A stretch of DNA of 62,840 nucleotides, counting the filler, from Basidiobolus ranarum (Eukaryota): the NCBI GenBank assembly GCA_040143965.1. It is 3 parts of 3 records of this genome, joined end to end, with 100 filler letters (N's around TTAATTAATTAA, not from the genome) between each part and the next. Parts side by side here need not be neighbours in the genome. Positions count along the whole stretch, not along the records: positions 1 to 20,919 come from JASJQH010007093.1; 2 more parts are not named here. One strand, 5' to 3'. Of the stretch, positions 1 to 13,450 are shown in pieces. Numbering within the stretch: the first letter of the stretch is position 1; each line of letters opens with the position of its first letter. A program made the position numbers and the translations under genes. The notes under the pieces were generated by a model. The model worked only from the letters and a program-made list of their open reading frames with translations, ran no database searches and was not told the origin of the DNA.

Positions 1-1300
1 TGAAGGAAAGATCACCTATTTTGGAGAGACTGAGAAAGCAGTCAACTACTATGCTTCCATTGGATATCAGTGCCCAATGTACACCAATCCCGCTGATTAT
101 ATCTTCATGAATGTTCTCTTTCAGTTTGAGTCGACCACAGCCTCAGGCTCAAGACAAGACTCCAGAATAGAGAGCGACATGGCAGAGAAGCAACGACTCA
201 CCAATGTAATCACTGGTTGGGAACAGTCGGCTGAAGCTCATGAATTGTTCAAAACATCCCAAAATCCTATAGGAAACCCGATCACAGCGCGCATGCTGAA
301 ATATCGTAGTAAATTTGGCACTCAATTTCAGTTTCTTTTCAAGAGAGCCTGGAACAACGTTCTTCGTAACAAAATGATCTTCAAAGCACGACTAGGACAA
401 ACAGTATTTTTCGCAGTTCTGATCGGATTAATCTACCTTCAGATTCCCAGAAAGAGCTCGGTTTCAGCTCAAATTCAAGTAAGTATTAGTTAGTTTTGAG
501 TTTACACTGCACCACTCCTCGTTCAATCAACTAACTCTGCTATTTCACTCTTTGCTTATTATTAGGATTACTCTGGTTCTCTATTCTTCATCTGTGTTAA
601 TGGTTTCTTCTCCACAGTAATGCCTTTGTTGTCAGTATTTGCTGAAGAGCGAGCTGTGTTCCAACGTGAACATGGAAGTGGTTACTACACCCTGAAGTCG
701 TACTACTTTTCGAAAATTATTGTGGAACTTCCAATCAATCTTTTCATCCCCGTGATTTTCTCAACCATTACTTACTGGATGATAGGATACCAAACAGATG
801 CAGGCAAATTCTTCATTTACATGTTAGTCAACGTAGTCATGTCATTGGTGGGCTCAGCAATTGGTATGTTCATTGCCAGTTTATTCAAGCAATTACAAGT
901 GGCATTGGCCGTTGTTCCGTTGATTGTTCTCCCTTTGATGATGTTTGGAGGTCTCTTCTTGAATAACGGTAGTGCACCAGTGTATCTTGGTTGGATCCAG
1001 TGGATCAGTCCGATCAAGTATGGGTTTGCGGCGTTATCCAAGAACCAGTTCACCGGACTTGTGGTTAATGGAGAAGCAGTAGGAGAACAGCAACTTCAGA
1101 GCCTTTCACTGGATGGAGGATTTTCCATTTTCATAAATATTGTGATGATGTTGGTCATCTACGTTGTAATGCAAGTATGCGCTTTCCTCTCGTTGTACAG
1201 ATTGGTGAATTCCGGAGGTGGACAAAAGTTACAAACTAGGAAGGAGCTTAAAAACCAGTTATTGAGCAATCCACAATCTGAATACACAGTCAAGATGTAA
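1..1300 (+). CDS. ABCG (white-like) half transporter, 3' part; exons <1..478 and 566..1300
   Basis: GYQCPMYTNPADY motif, QFQFLFKRAW, ERAVFQREHGSGYY and WIQWISPIKYGF are typical of the ABC2 membrane domain. A GTAAGT..TAG intron at 479-565 joins ORFs 77..493 and 620..1300 in frame. Confidence 0.93.
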
Positions 1301-1599
1301 TTTTATAAGATTTTCCCAAAGCTATCATTTCACAATCCGTACATATAATTTTGTATCCCAATAAACCAACATAACCCATGTTTAATAAAAGCAAACTAAT
1401 GATTTCCCAAGAAAATGTTTATTTGTAGTAAGCTTGCCAAATGATTCGGATATTCCTATAGAATATATATAATTATAGTGGCTTTTTTTCTCATTCTTTT
1501 TTTAAAAAAATATCGAGATATGACTCTATGCTAATAAGTGGAACAGGAAGGAAATAGGTTGAATATACATGCGTTGAAACTTATATAATGGGGTCAAAT

Positions 1600-3528
1600 T
1601 TAGTTAGTCTCTCCCAAAATCTTGTTAACAGAGAGACCTTCGGAATCGGAGTCAGAATCGTATTGAGTGAAGTTATTGGATTCCAAATATTGATCAAGTT
1701 TACCGGCAGCGGCAAGAACAAGACCAACGAAAGGAGGAGAGGGCTTCAATGGTCTGGTAATGTATTCAGGATGGAATTGAGCAGCAACGAAATAAGGATG
1801 ATCCTCTTTCTCCATGATGATCATTCTTTGACCGGCCTCATCACGTCCAATAAACTTGAGTCCATTGGCTTCTAAAGTCTCAATGTAGGCAGGGTTGATC
1901 TCATATCTGTGACGATGACGTTCCTCAACAATCTTGACACCCTTGTACAATCTACGGATCTTGCTGTTTTCGGTACCATCTTGGAAGATGGTAGGGCGAA
2001 CACCGAGACGCATAGTACCGCCAAGATGAGTCTTGGAGATTTCTGGCATATTGATGACAATAGGATGAGGAGTGTCTTCGATGAACTCAGCAGAGTGAGC
2101 ATTCTCAAGACCCAAGACATTACGAGCAAACTCAGTGGCAGCGAGTTGAAGACCCAAACAGATACCGAGGAAAGGAATATTGTGTTCACGAGCCCACTTG
2201 ATAGCGAGCATCTTACCCTCAGTACCACGAATACCAAAACCACCAGGAACCAAGATACCATCAGCGGAGCATACTGATTGCCAAGAATCGTGATATTTGA
2301 TGGGATCCTTGTTTTGAGCTTCAGGTTCGAGGTCAGATCCTTCGACCCACTTGATGTTAAGCTTCAAGTTGGCAGAGAGGGAAGCATGCTCCAAGGCCTT
2401 GACAACGGAGCAATAAGAATCGTGCAAGAAAGTGTACTTGCCAACCAATGCAATGGAAACCTCTTGCTGGGGGCGATCATGTCTGAGAGCAACTTGTCTC
2501 CATTTACTCCACAATTCATGTCCTTGACGAACCATGGATGGTGAAATGTTGATAGAGTCCAAGTTAAGTCTCTTGCGAAGGGTATCCAAAGCACCTTGTT
2601 GTTGGAGCAACAAAGGAACGTGATAGATAGAGGAAACATCACGAACGGCGAGAACACACTCAGGGTTTACGTGACAGAACATAGAGATCTTGTCACGAAT
2701 TCCCTCGTCAAGGGGCTTGGAACTACGGCAAGCGATAAAATCGGGGTTCAAACCGAGACCACGCAAATCACGAATACTAGCTTGAGTAGGCTTAGTCTTC
2801 TGTTCACCAACGGAACCGACAACTGGGATCAAGGAAACGTGAATCAACGCGAAATTCTCGTGACCAACACGGAATTGGAATTGACGCATAGCTTCGACGA
2901 ATGGAGCAGATTCAATATCACCGACAGTACCACCCAATTCGATGATGCAAACGTCAGGCTCTTCACCGCTATCGTCAACAGGATTCTTGCTTACGGTCTC
3001 AACCCAGTCTTGAATGGCATCGGTGATATGGGGGACAACTTGGACAGTCTTACCCAAGTAATCACCCTTTCTTTCCTTTTCGATGACATTTCTGTAAACC
3101 TTTCCAGTAGTAATATTGTTTTCCCTGGACAAAGTAACATCCAAGAATCTCTCGTAGTTACCAAGATCCAAGTCAACTTCACCTCCATCATCAAGTACGA
3201 AGACTTCACCTAATGATCGAAAGAAATCATGTTAATGTTTAGGCGAAACGTAACAGATGGAAGAGGTTATCCATTGAGCCATCACATCGAGTGCTGCTCG
3301 TATCAATTTCCGAAGAATTTATTTACAATGCACACGGACACGTTAAAATGCAAACATACCGTGATCAAGAGGGCTGAGAGTACCAGCGTCAATGTTCAAG
3401 TAAGGATCGATCTTGATGGCGGTTACTCTGAGACCAAGGGTCTTGAGCAACAAGCCGGTAGAAGAAGCAATAATACCCTTGCCAATACCGGAGATAACAC
3501 CACCAGAGACCAAAATGTATTTAACCAT
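1600..3528 (-). CDS. URA7: CTP synthase; exons 3528..3360 and 3209..1600
   Basis: [41 protein letters not shown] and QFHPE motifs. Intron 3210-3359 (GTATGT..TAG) restores [15 protein letters not shown]. Confidence 0.97.
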
Positions 3529-4086
3529 GATAGTTTAAATTAAATTGAATATTACAAGAGGAAAATGTGAATGAAGATCTGAAGGTATCTAACAGCCCGA
3601 ACGCTATCTGTTCGGGAAAGAAAGGATGAACGAAACGAGTCAATTTGTACTTTTCCAAATCCCAGTAACTGACATCTATCCCCCCTGTAATTTTTTTTCT
3701 CACTCTTAGGGGTAATCGAAAGTGCAGCAGTATTTTTTTTTGCGATGAGAAGAATTGATATTTGGAATTTCTCAATGAATGATCGTATTTCTAAAATAAA
3801 CCATAAATAATATCTAATTTCTGGAAAACCACTCAACAAGTCCACCAATAATCAAAGCCATCCAATGAAAGCCAACCAATAAAACTCTTTTGCGCGAAAA
3901 AAAAATTGTTTTTTTCAAATGGTCTCACGTTAACTTCAATTGAATTGCGAAGATATAGTGATTCAATTGATCGCGAAACAAGCCTAAAATTAATCGATTG
4001 TTTCATATCGATTGGATTCACTTAAAAGCATTGCATATTTGCTTAAATGCAATAAATAAACGACCACATGATTCGATAGAAAAAAG

Positions 4087-4159
4087 CAACCCAGCCGGGG
4101 GTCGAACCCGGGACTTTCCGCTTAGGAGGCGGACGCTCTATCCACTGAGCTACGAGGTC
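4087..4159 (-). tRNA. tRNA-Arg(CCU), intronless
   Basis: Reverse complement reads GACCTCG-TA-GCTCAGTGGATAGAGC-G-TCCGC-CTCCTAA-GCGGA-AAGTC-CCGGGTTCGACCCCCGG-CTGGGTT-G, a 73-nt cloverleaf with anticodon CCT, followed by an oligo-T Pol III terminator. Confidence 0.95.
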
Positions 4160-4710
4160 TTGGCTTGAAAAGTTAAAGAGAAAATGTAAGATGTCATTCA
4201 AAAATATTGATATGCTTCTTGCAACTGTAGAGTTTTAAATATGTTTCCGCGGATGGAAAAGTTCCATGATATGTTGAATTTAATAAAATAAAATCCAGCA
4301 AATAGCTGGGGAGTGGTGGTTTTTTTGAAGCGTAATCATTTTTCATTTATGGGTTCTAATCGGCCATAGATGATCACGTATTTTAATGTAGTATTGACAT
4401 AAATTATGCATATAATTAACATTCTATATGCTTTTAGTTATAAGAAGCTAATGATAGTTAGAATATTGATTAGTTTACATCTTGATTCCAATCATGAATA
4501 GGTTAAACCATAAAATATAAAGATTTAAATTATACTATGCCGAAGTTTTTGAGGACTAAACACAAAATGAGTGACCTCTTGCAATATCCCTAAAAAATTC
4601 AACTTTACAATTGTGCTGGTGATGATACAAAAATTTTGACGAAATTAGTCGGTGTTAATACTTTCTGCTAAGGTATCGACAGTCTTTACCAGAGTTTTAG
4701 TATACCAAGC

Positions 4711-5227
4711 ATGTTGATAAATCTGTGCAAAAACACTTTGGTTAAGTTGGGACCTGTTACCAGCTCAGCTGTTAATACTTCCCGCGCTACTTCAGCCTAC
4801 ATTCAAACTTCAGGATATAGTTCTTTCTCCTCTTACCTTTCTTCCACCGAGAAGGCAGAAAAAACCAAAACATCTGCAGTTGAAACACCCGGCTTTGAGC
4901 AAGATTTTGAAGCAGGAATCTCACAAGGTCGTTCTGTCGCCGTTCACAATGGAAATGTATTGCAAGCTTATCGTCGTTTGAATAACATTATCAAAGATAA
5001 TAATATTCGTAAGGAACTTCGTCAAAACGAATACTTTGAAAGACCTTCCGTCAAAAAGCATCGTCTTGCCGTTGAACGTAATCGTCGTCTTTTCCAGAGA
5101 GTTATCTCCAAGAAGGTTGCCCTAGTTATGCAGATGAAGAATAGGTACGTTCCAAAGTCTTATCGCTTTGTTAATATACTAAACTTTCTTTCTATTTTCC
5201 TATGCACCACCAAACAGAGGAATGTAA
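4711..5227 (+). CDS. MRP21: Mitochondrial ribosomal protein bS21m (MRP21-like); exons 4711..5144 and 5218..5227
   Basis: Ser/Thr-rich presequence, then GRSVAV..QAYRRLN..YFERPSVKKHRL, an S21 signature. A GTACGT..CAG intron at 5145-5217 gives the C-terminus KNRGM*. Confidence 0.85.
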
Positions 5228-5989
5228 ATGATTTTACCAGGATTACAGTATGGATTACATATATATCGAAAGGTACACTCTTGAAGTACGTATAGACTTC
5301 ACCCTTTGATGTTTCTTTCATAGAAAAGCAAATTCCTTGGCACCATCTTGCATTTATTCAAACATTCATTTAAAATACATTATATAAAACCCACTTTACC
5401 AACTGAACGTATGATGTTGGTGAATCCACTTTTATGCATACTAAAGCTGACTTTTTGGATATTCATTTGATTAAACATAATCAGACCAGTCGGTATTACC
5501 CAACGGTGCATAAAGGTAATTACCTCCGATATCCGGTAACGGTAAATTGCGGGGTAACTACTTTTGTGAGTGTCTCATGTATTGCCATTTCTCAACAAAC
5601 TAAGGCTTTCAGGGTAGGAAAGGCTTGCAAATGGAGGTGTCATCGGTTTATTTGCACTCATTGGCATGTAGCTGACATAACTCGCCTATTCTGATTGATT
5701 AAATGATATCATTCCTTATAGCATGATGAGCATGACTGCGTTCCATACTTGGTTTGGCGCAGTAGTGGGCAGCTACTTAAGAGTGATGAATGTTTATCCT
5801 ACCAAGACCAATTTCATTGAAAATTTATGATACCAGCCGAAATAACGGCTAGTTTAAAACTTGTTAAATAGAAGCAACAACTAGAATTTGAAAAACACAA
5901 TACCTCGCTCAATTCAGTAAACGTAAGGTCAATACTTGTACAAATACCAAACTTTATAGTACTAAGATGTCACAAAAGGTGGTGTAAAA

Positions 5990-8900
5990 ATGGATGGAAT
6001 AAAGAATACTCGAACTATACAAAGAGAATACATTCTTGAATCTACAAAAAGGTCTGACGAAGCTTCAAGTTCAGTTCAAGAAAACACTTACCAAGAATAT
6101 TCCTTGGATAACAAAGATAGTTCCCTCACTTCTTGCGTTAATCCCACCAATAGTCCTACTACTACCCCAAAAGATACTATTTCAGCTGAAGCATCTAAGA
6201 GAAAGAGGACATTGCTTGAAGAGCCAGTATTGGTGGTCATTCCCAAACGTGATGTTTCTTGTAGAACTGTAGTTACTGGGGAAGAAGCAGTTATCGTTAA
6301 GTTATTGGTATGTCTTGTCTTTCTTGTTTCTATAATGTTCATAAAATAATCCGATCTCGTGAAAAGATAAACTCTTTATCAACAGAAGCAGTACAGGAAT
6401 CTGAGGAAGGTTATCATGAATGTTTCTTGGATGACTTTACAATCTACAACAAAAGAGGCAAAGTAGTTGAATTAATAGATAATGTAGATTGCGAGGTCTA
6501 CTTTGAAGGCCTCTTGTCTGTCGCAAGTAATACGTTACTGCAATTCAAATGCCAAAAGGTAGAAATGGACGGTTGTCAATAGAGTGAATCAGGTTGCAAG
6601 TTGACATGGATTTTTCTAACTCCTCTAGGGTGCATTTGGTATCTTCTCTATCGGAGGCTATGGGACTAATATTTCAAGGCCTATAATCTGGGTAAAATCC
6701 ACAGTACATGACGATACTTGGTATCTTTTGAAAAGCCCATCCGCACGATACTTCAAAACTTGGGAAAGTTTTTATTGGAAGGCGCAATTTACGAAATATA
6801 TCATGTAACATGGGTTTTTTGTTATGAATTCATAAGAAGTTACTCAAATATTATATTCTAGCGACTTCGTACAAGAGATGCCGGATAGACCTTTCAGCGA
6901 TGTCCAAGGTGATACTTTCCATAGTCTCTAATTGCTTGATCAATTCTCTTAATGGTTGTAAAATTAGATTTGCTTTATAAATGGCTTTATACAACTTACA
7001 AAAATGATGGTAAAGTCTCTCTAGCCTCACTCGTTGATTGCTCATATATCCAACACTTTATTATTTATAAAATTAGATTATCTCGAAGAATCGATGTCCC
7101 GAATAAGAGAGGGTGAGGTTATGGTTTCCTGCCTTGGGTAAAGCGGCTCAAACTAACGACATCACTTTCCAGAGGATATAGGTTTCATGATGGCTACCAA
7201 TGGCGATTTCTTGCTATCTCAAGTTCGTTAACCTCTGTCAGTTGTTTGCTTTGACTCTACACGGATTCTTACCGTTGTCATTATTAGGTACTCTCTTTAG
7301 GAGAAGATTTCGCACAATTACCTTTCTTTCAAAGTATATTGAAATCTGATGTTTATGATGATAAAATATCTAATCAGCATATGTTATTGCTTGCGTAATA
7401 GATTCCCGCATTGGTAAAAAAGAACGTGCTTCGACGAAGCGAAAGGTATGGCTTCTCCTCAATAGCTCCACTTTCTATTTTACATTAACATTAAGTGTTT
7501 ACAGTGTTTGGAGAACACCTCTGTTACGCCCAAAGTCATGTCTTGGTTCGAGGGCTTATTTGGGCATCATATACATAAGATCAACATTCCGAGTTTGTGT
7601 ATTTTCCTTGGTTGCTTGTGAGAGTTGCATGACTAACTTCCTTTATTTGATCTAGCGAGTCTGCCCAATTTCAAAACAGAAGCAATGGATATGGATATTC
7701 CATTGGGTAGTATGTCTGATCAAATCACTAGGTTTGATCAGGAGTATTTGCCTTTGGAGATTGAGTGGAAAGAGCCGATTTCAATTGAGGAAGGGATCTA
7801 CAACGAGGTCGTGTGTGGAGGATTATCAATCAAAATAGGGGACGTTGTGGAGCTATACCGTAAAGAATTGACGAGCTGGGACTCGGTGGGCGGGCGCTGG
7901 ATAGCTCAAATAACCCAACTCCTCAAAGACGACGAGGGCGGATACTACCGGATGGTTTGGCTCTATTCTCGTTGCCAAACCGTCATAGAAGATATTCAGA
8001 TCCATCCATCCAAAGAGGTTGCGCGATATTTTGGATCTGTGGGGATTTTCATTGGCACTAATGCATCCTTTCTTGTAGTTGTTTTACACGGTGTTCTGTC
8101 AATGCGATGATTACCAGTCGATTGGTTGTATAAAACGAAAATGCGTGGTGTTGTTCCACAGCAGTACTTGTCCAGGTAATATACAGCTCTTACTTTCAAA
8201 AGGATTTCTGATTACTGAGGGTTCTGTATCGTGCTTGAAGATATCCCACACGTGTATTTTTGTAGGTTTTTTTATGATCACCTGAATGGCTGCTTTTGGG
8301 ATCTTGACCGAGAGGAAATATCTAATTCGGAGCAAGTCTTGGTATGTGGCTGTGCAACCTTCTTAGATTCCGTTGTATCGAAAGCCGAGATTTATGATAT
8401 CAAGCAATATCATGTTGGGGATACCCTTTTGATTAAACCAGCTCAACCAAACGGACTGTTTATTTACAGCGTATGTGAGGTTACCCAAGTGGATACTACG
8501 CTGAACCAACTCACAGTGAGGTTCTTTATCAATGCCAGGGAAACATACACTACGAATCAACCAAAGATGGAAGAACCTGCTATAAATGAGCTCTATTATT
8601 GCAACCAACTCGATATACTGGGCATCACGGAGTTGTATAGAATTGGTGGATATTGTTATGTGGAATATCGCAAGCCGAACTCTCCGCTCTCAATTAATTT
8701 ACAACATAATGGCGCAGGATTACAGGTATTTCGTTTGATTTTATTAACCCCACTCTATCGCAAGTTGTTACTGAGTTTTCCTATTTTATATTCTTAGTAT
8801 TTTTTCTCATATCGACTCCAAGACAGAGTTATCACCGGAATAGACAGCACTATAGAGAGGCGCTTTTTGTCTTACCTACAAAAGAATAAGGACGTGGAGA

Positions 8901-10810
8901 AGTTATGTGTGCTTGATCTTTTTTGTGGCGGTGGTTCATTTGGTCGCGGTCTGCAAGATACCGGATTATTTGAATGCAGATGGTACGTATCATAAGCTGT
9001 TAAACATAACACTTTGTTTCCTCTGTCTAACCATACATTCTAGGGCGATTGACATCGACTCCATGGCCGCTTACACATACAAAGCTAATGCACGGAACGA
9101 CACCACCCTTGTTTTCAATCAGAGCGTCAACAAGTTTCTTGAAAACTGCGTTAATGGAGAGTCTGACACCCCAAAGAAGGTCTTTCATTTCCTGATATGT
9201 TTCCCTGAAATGCTAATATTTACATTCCGTGCTCTTTAGGGTGAAGTGGACATGATCTTGGCTGGCAACCCTTGTCAAGGCTACAGTAGTCTGAATCTAG
9301 ATCGATTCAGCGAGCTATCGCAAAACAGCAATTCGTTGTTGGCTAGTTTAGCGTCGTTTATTGAATTCTATGAACCCAAGTACGTCTTAATGGAGAATGT
9401 TAGGTAATCTGAATTATTTGGAGGGTAGAGATCTCCCGCTAGCATCTGCTAACAACCAATGATTAAGGAATTTTCCACGAATGACAGAGACAGTTGACGG
9501 GGAAAAACGAAGTCCATTCAAGATTCTTCTTGCTTTTCTGCTGAGTCTTGGTTATCAGGTTCGCTGGAGTTATATTTCGGCTGTTCACCATAGCTGCCCT
9601 CAAAACCGAGTACGATTCTTTTTATGGGCTGCAGGTGAGTTTAATTCTCATGTAAATTTGAACAATCATTGACAGAATACTGATGTTTCTCACTTAGCGA
9701 AAGGAGAATATCTACCTCCCTTCCCACTATCTTCGCATCATGGTACTGACTCTAGATACTCGCAAACATCCATCGCCTTACCAAACACAGAAAAGTAATT
9801 GTCCCTAGTCCGTAGAACCTCTTGCCACATTATGTAGTATGTCAATCTAACTATTAAACTTTCTTGTAGAATTCCTGGTGTGGTGAATCCAGAATATGCT
9901 TGTTTCCCGATGAGAACAGTAAATAATGCTATAGGTGATTTACCACCAATTGGAGAAGGTCACATTATGGTAAAGTCAAGCCAGGCGAAAGCCCATATTT
10001 TCTTTAGTTACAGTTACTAAATAGTATCAACATAAGCACTCGAGGTTTCCTGATCATAAAGTTATCCCACTTCCTCACGAGCAACAAATTTTGGTAAACG
10101 CAATACCATTGTATCCACCAGGATGTGACTATCGCTCACTTGTGGGAAAAAAGCTGCCAGATGGAAAAGCAGTAATTATAGTTCATAACAGAATATAACC
10201 ATTATCAATACCAATACCACAAAATTTAACTTTTCCTTCAAGATTGTCCTTCCTCCTTGGTTATCCAAAAAAGTAGAACGTGGAACTGCACCCGGAACCC
10301 ATTTTGCTCGAGTAGAACGAGATGGTCTCTTTCAAACCATCACTACTCGATGCTCCCCTTCCGGTTTTGTAAGTAATTGAAGTGTACCTTGTATGTATTC
10401 TCTTTTGATTAAACTTTCAGTGAACATTTGTAGCAAGGTAGAGTACTTCACTACCAAGAAAATCGAACCTTAAGTGTAAGAGAGGTAGCGCGTGGTCAAG
10501 GTAAAGTATCTACTTCAGCAAGAAAAGAATCCAACACATATTCACCTTAAATGGGATAAACATTCATTTAGGCTTCTTGGATTCGGATGAAATAGTGGGC
10601 CGTCCTCATGATCAATATCGTATAATTGGTATATACATCATTTATTTGTTAATCATAAAATTGAATGAGCAAGGAAATCAAGTGAAGGTGAAGAGTCAGA
10701 AGTTAAACACATTTATTTATCACAAAATAGGGAATTCAGTTCCACGTCCATTGGCATTTGCTTTAGGTATTATGTTGAACAAAAAAGATGCGAAAGATGG
10801 TGAGAGTTAA
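5990..10810 (+). CDS. DNMT1/DIM-2-superfamily DNA (cytosine-5) methyltransferase with RFTS and BAH domains, many introns
   Basis: RFTS-like LDDFTIYN..IWVKS..WYLLKSPS..Y (6.4-6.8 kb) and BAH-like segments (7.8-8.7 kb). Catalytic motifs: I VLDLFCGGG (~8909-8935), IV AGNPCQG (~9261-9281), VI ENV (9393-9401), VIII PQNRVRFF (~9598), IX RTLSVREVARGQG (~10465-10500), X GNSVP (~10730). Exact exon boundaries are only partly resolved. Confidence 0.9.
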
Positions 10811-11403
10811 TTGGTATGGTATGGTGAGTGTGAATGTCGGAGCTAAGCTAAGCTAAGCTAAACTAAACTGAACAGAACATCTATTCAGGTTAATTGTTTT
10901 TGGAATTTACAAAATTTGATGTAAATGTAAAATAACCAGTCAAATGATTTCTTATTCTCAATAAAATATATACCCAACCCGAAGGCGGTAAAAATAAGAT
11001 GGTTTATAATATCAAATCCAATGAAAATTGGTGAATAAACCCGAATGACGGAAGAGTGTTTATTCCTTCGGGAAAGATTTACTAAGGTGGAAATTAGAGG
11101 GAACGGGGAGAGGAAGGGGTAGGGAAAGTGTAGGTTCAGTGATTAATACGTTAATGGTGTCAAATAGTAAAATATAGTTTGTGTGGAGAGAAGACTACAT
11201 ATGAAAAAAAATTTCGATAACCAAACCAAGCTTTACTATACAGAGTAATAGGGTTACAAACCACAGGTGGGAAGGGAGGTTATGGTTATGGCTATGGTTT
11301 TCTGAATGATTCTGTAGATTTTAATGAAGGTTGCCCTTCTATTTCGAATTAAAAAGAGATCGATGTGGTCGATTCAGAATAAAGGTGAATCAAAGTTATT
11401 CAC

Positions 11404-12405
11404 TTAAACTAAAGCCAACTCCAGAGTCCAAGTACGACGACACCACAGTTTTAGGGTGACATCTGAATTATCATCCAATTTCACTTCAGAACCATCCCAC
11501 CAGCATTTTCTCTATAAAGAAAACAACATGGTTATTATCAAAAGTCACAAATATCACTGAGCGTTGGATAAACGTACCGCTGGTTTTCGCCAGAAAAGTA
11601 AAAGTTTCTGGGCTGCAGCCATTTGGGCAGGTTGTCCAGTGGTTCGAAGACGAACCATAGCAACACTGACTATAGCAGTTCGGGCGGGCTCAGCTACTCT
11701 GACTCCCCAATCATCTTCTTTAGAGAAACCAGCCGCACAAAGCATTTCAATTAATTGTTGTTCGGCAAGATTATCCTGAGTGATTTGTCTATTCAATCCG
11801 CTAAAGATACTTTGGTCCTTTACCAAATATCTTCCACAATCCATTTTAATCTTAGCGATATCCAAGGTAGGTTCCACCGTAGTCAATTCAATTCCATCCT
11901 CATCCCTTTGTAAAGAAGGAGGATTTTTCTTAGGAACCGGGAAGTAATCTATCTCTTCACGAAGTAGAATAAACGCTTGCTTATTTAAGAATGGATTATT
12001 AAGCTGGTTTCCACCCAAGAGTGCTTGAAGTGTTTCATTTTCATTAGGTGGAGTTTGGGTGAGTGGATGTTTTCCTATGTAAAAGTCCAATACATATTGA
12101 AATATACTCGGGTTAAAATCACTATACACGAGGTTTTCATTTTCATAGCTGTTAGAGTGATTATCGATATCTAATTCCGAATCATCATCCATAGCATTTC
12201 TACCAAGGTTAAGGCCATATGGAAACATAACTAAAAGAATACTCTCAGGTAGACTGACCAAAAGTTCCCGTTCCACTTGGATGAGTGTACCACGTAAATC
12301 TATTCTTATAACTGAGGGAAAATCCGTCTCTTCTTGTTGAAAAGATACTGGATATTCATAAGAATCTGGAACACTGGTTATGGGTGTGTCAGCTTTAGAG
12401 GCCAT
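11404..12405 (-). CDS. WHI2: WHI2-like BTB-domain stress/nutrient response protein; exons 12405..11578 and 11511..11404
   Basis: LRGT..ERELLVSLPESILL..FP, ILLREEIDYF and KLLLFWRKPA|RKCWWDG (across intron 11512-11577) match fungal Whi2. Confidence 0.88.
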
Positions 12406-12799
12406 ATTTGAATGGAGGAAAGTATTGTCGTGTTTAGAGTAGATGATGACACAAAGTAGAGTCTATCGAATTTCAAGAAAACCTCTCAGATATTTCGAAG
12501 GAGAAGAAAAGAGATAAATATTCGGAAAATAACCACCAAAAAAATAGGTTTGCTTGATAAAAGTATATAAAGGATAGAGGGAGTTTTCTGTAATAAGAAA
12601 CAAGGAATTTGAAAGGAAACCGCTGAAAAGGGGGAGGATGTAGCAGTGCACCAACCAATCAAACATACCCATTGAAAAAGATACTTTAATGAAGCTTGCA
12701 TTGTTGATTGATTTATAAATCAGTATCATAATAACTCTTGATTACTTAATGATCTGACGCTCTCCAGATCACTATATTTACGTTACGTGGATTTACGGA

Positions 12800-12863
12800 A
12801 TTAGAATGGCTCGATACATAGGCATGATACATTAGAATGGCTCGGTACATAGGCATGATACAT
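12800..12863. repeat. 31-bp direct tandem duplication (ATTAGAATGGCTCGRTACATAGGCATGATAC x2)
   Basis: Two copies differing by one base, in the intergenic region between the divergent WHI2 and enoyl-CoA hydratase genes. Confidence 0.9.
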
Positions 12864-13450
12864 CCTAGTATTAAGAAGTATGAGTTACGCTAACTTGAAT
12901 CTTCGATAACACTATGTTGAATGCTCCCAAGGTCGGAAGAGAAGCCTAATCTCGTATCACATGACCTGGGGCCAATGAGCCGTATGCCGACTAGCTACAA
13001 AGTGACATTCAGAAAGTTAGTGGAATAATACCAACGTGTGAAGCTGTGTTGGTGGAAAGCAAAGACGTTATCGGACCACTACAGGGTGTGAGTGAGAAAA
13101 ACGTACTCTCCCGTTCAACGATCAACATGGTTGTTACCCGAGGCTACATTTCCGGACAACATTCCCACGATCAATGGTCTTTTCCACTTCTAGTGGTCAG
13201 GTGGCATCTCTCCTAGCATTACGACACGGAGTTACTAATAGAAATCATGTAAGACATTTAGGAGTGGGGTCAATTTATACGCTCAATTTATACGTGGTCT
13301 AAATGCTCTCAGAAGGTGGAGAAATTGTCACGTGCAACGGGGTAGAGGATGATAAATAAGAGAGTTTCTGTTAAGAGACGATGAATTTCTTGAGCGAAAT
13401 CTATCAACTAATCCACCACCACTGCTAATATCTCAAGCCGTATACAAATC

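Noticed and set aside
1588-3543. Long antisense ORFs opposite CTP synthase (similar ones opposite LEU2, C1-THF synthase and the ABCC gene)
   Set aside because: Shadow ORFs expected from the codon bias of conserved genes, with no recognisable domains.
4087-4159. G1-U72 pair and C6-U67 mismatch in the tRNA acceptor stem, suggesting editing or a pseudogene
   Set aside because: The other arms, A/B boxes and terminator are intact, and the deviations are within normal variation.
10841-10872. GCTAA/ACTAA pentamer run
   Set aside because: An ordinary short microsatellite in a 3' region.
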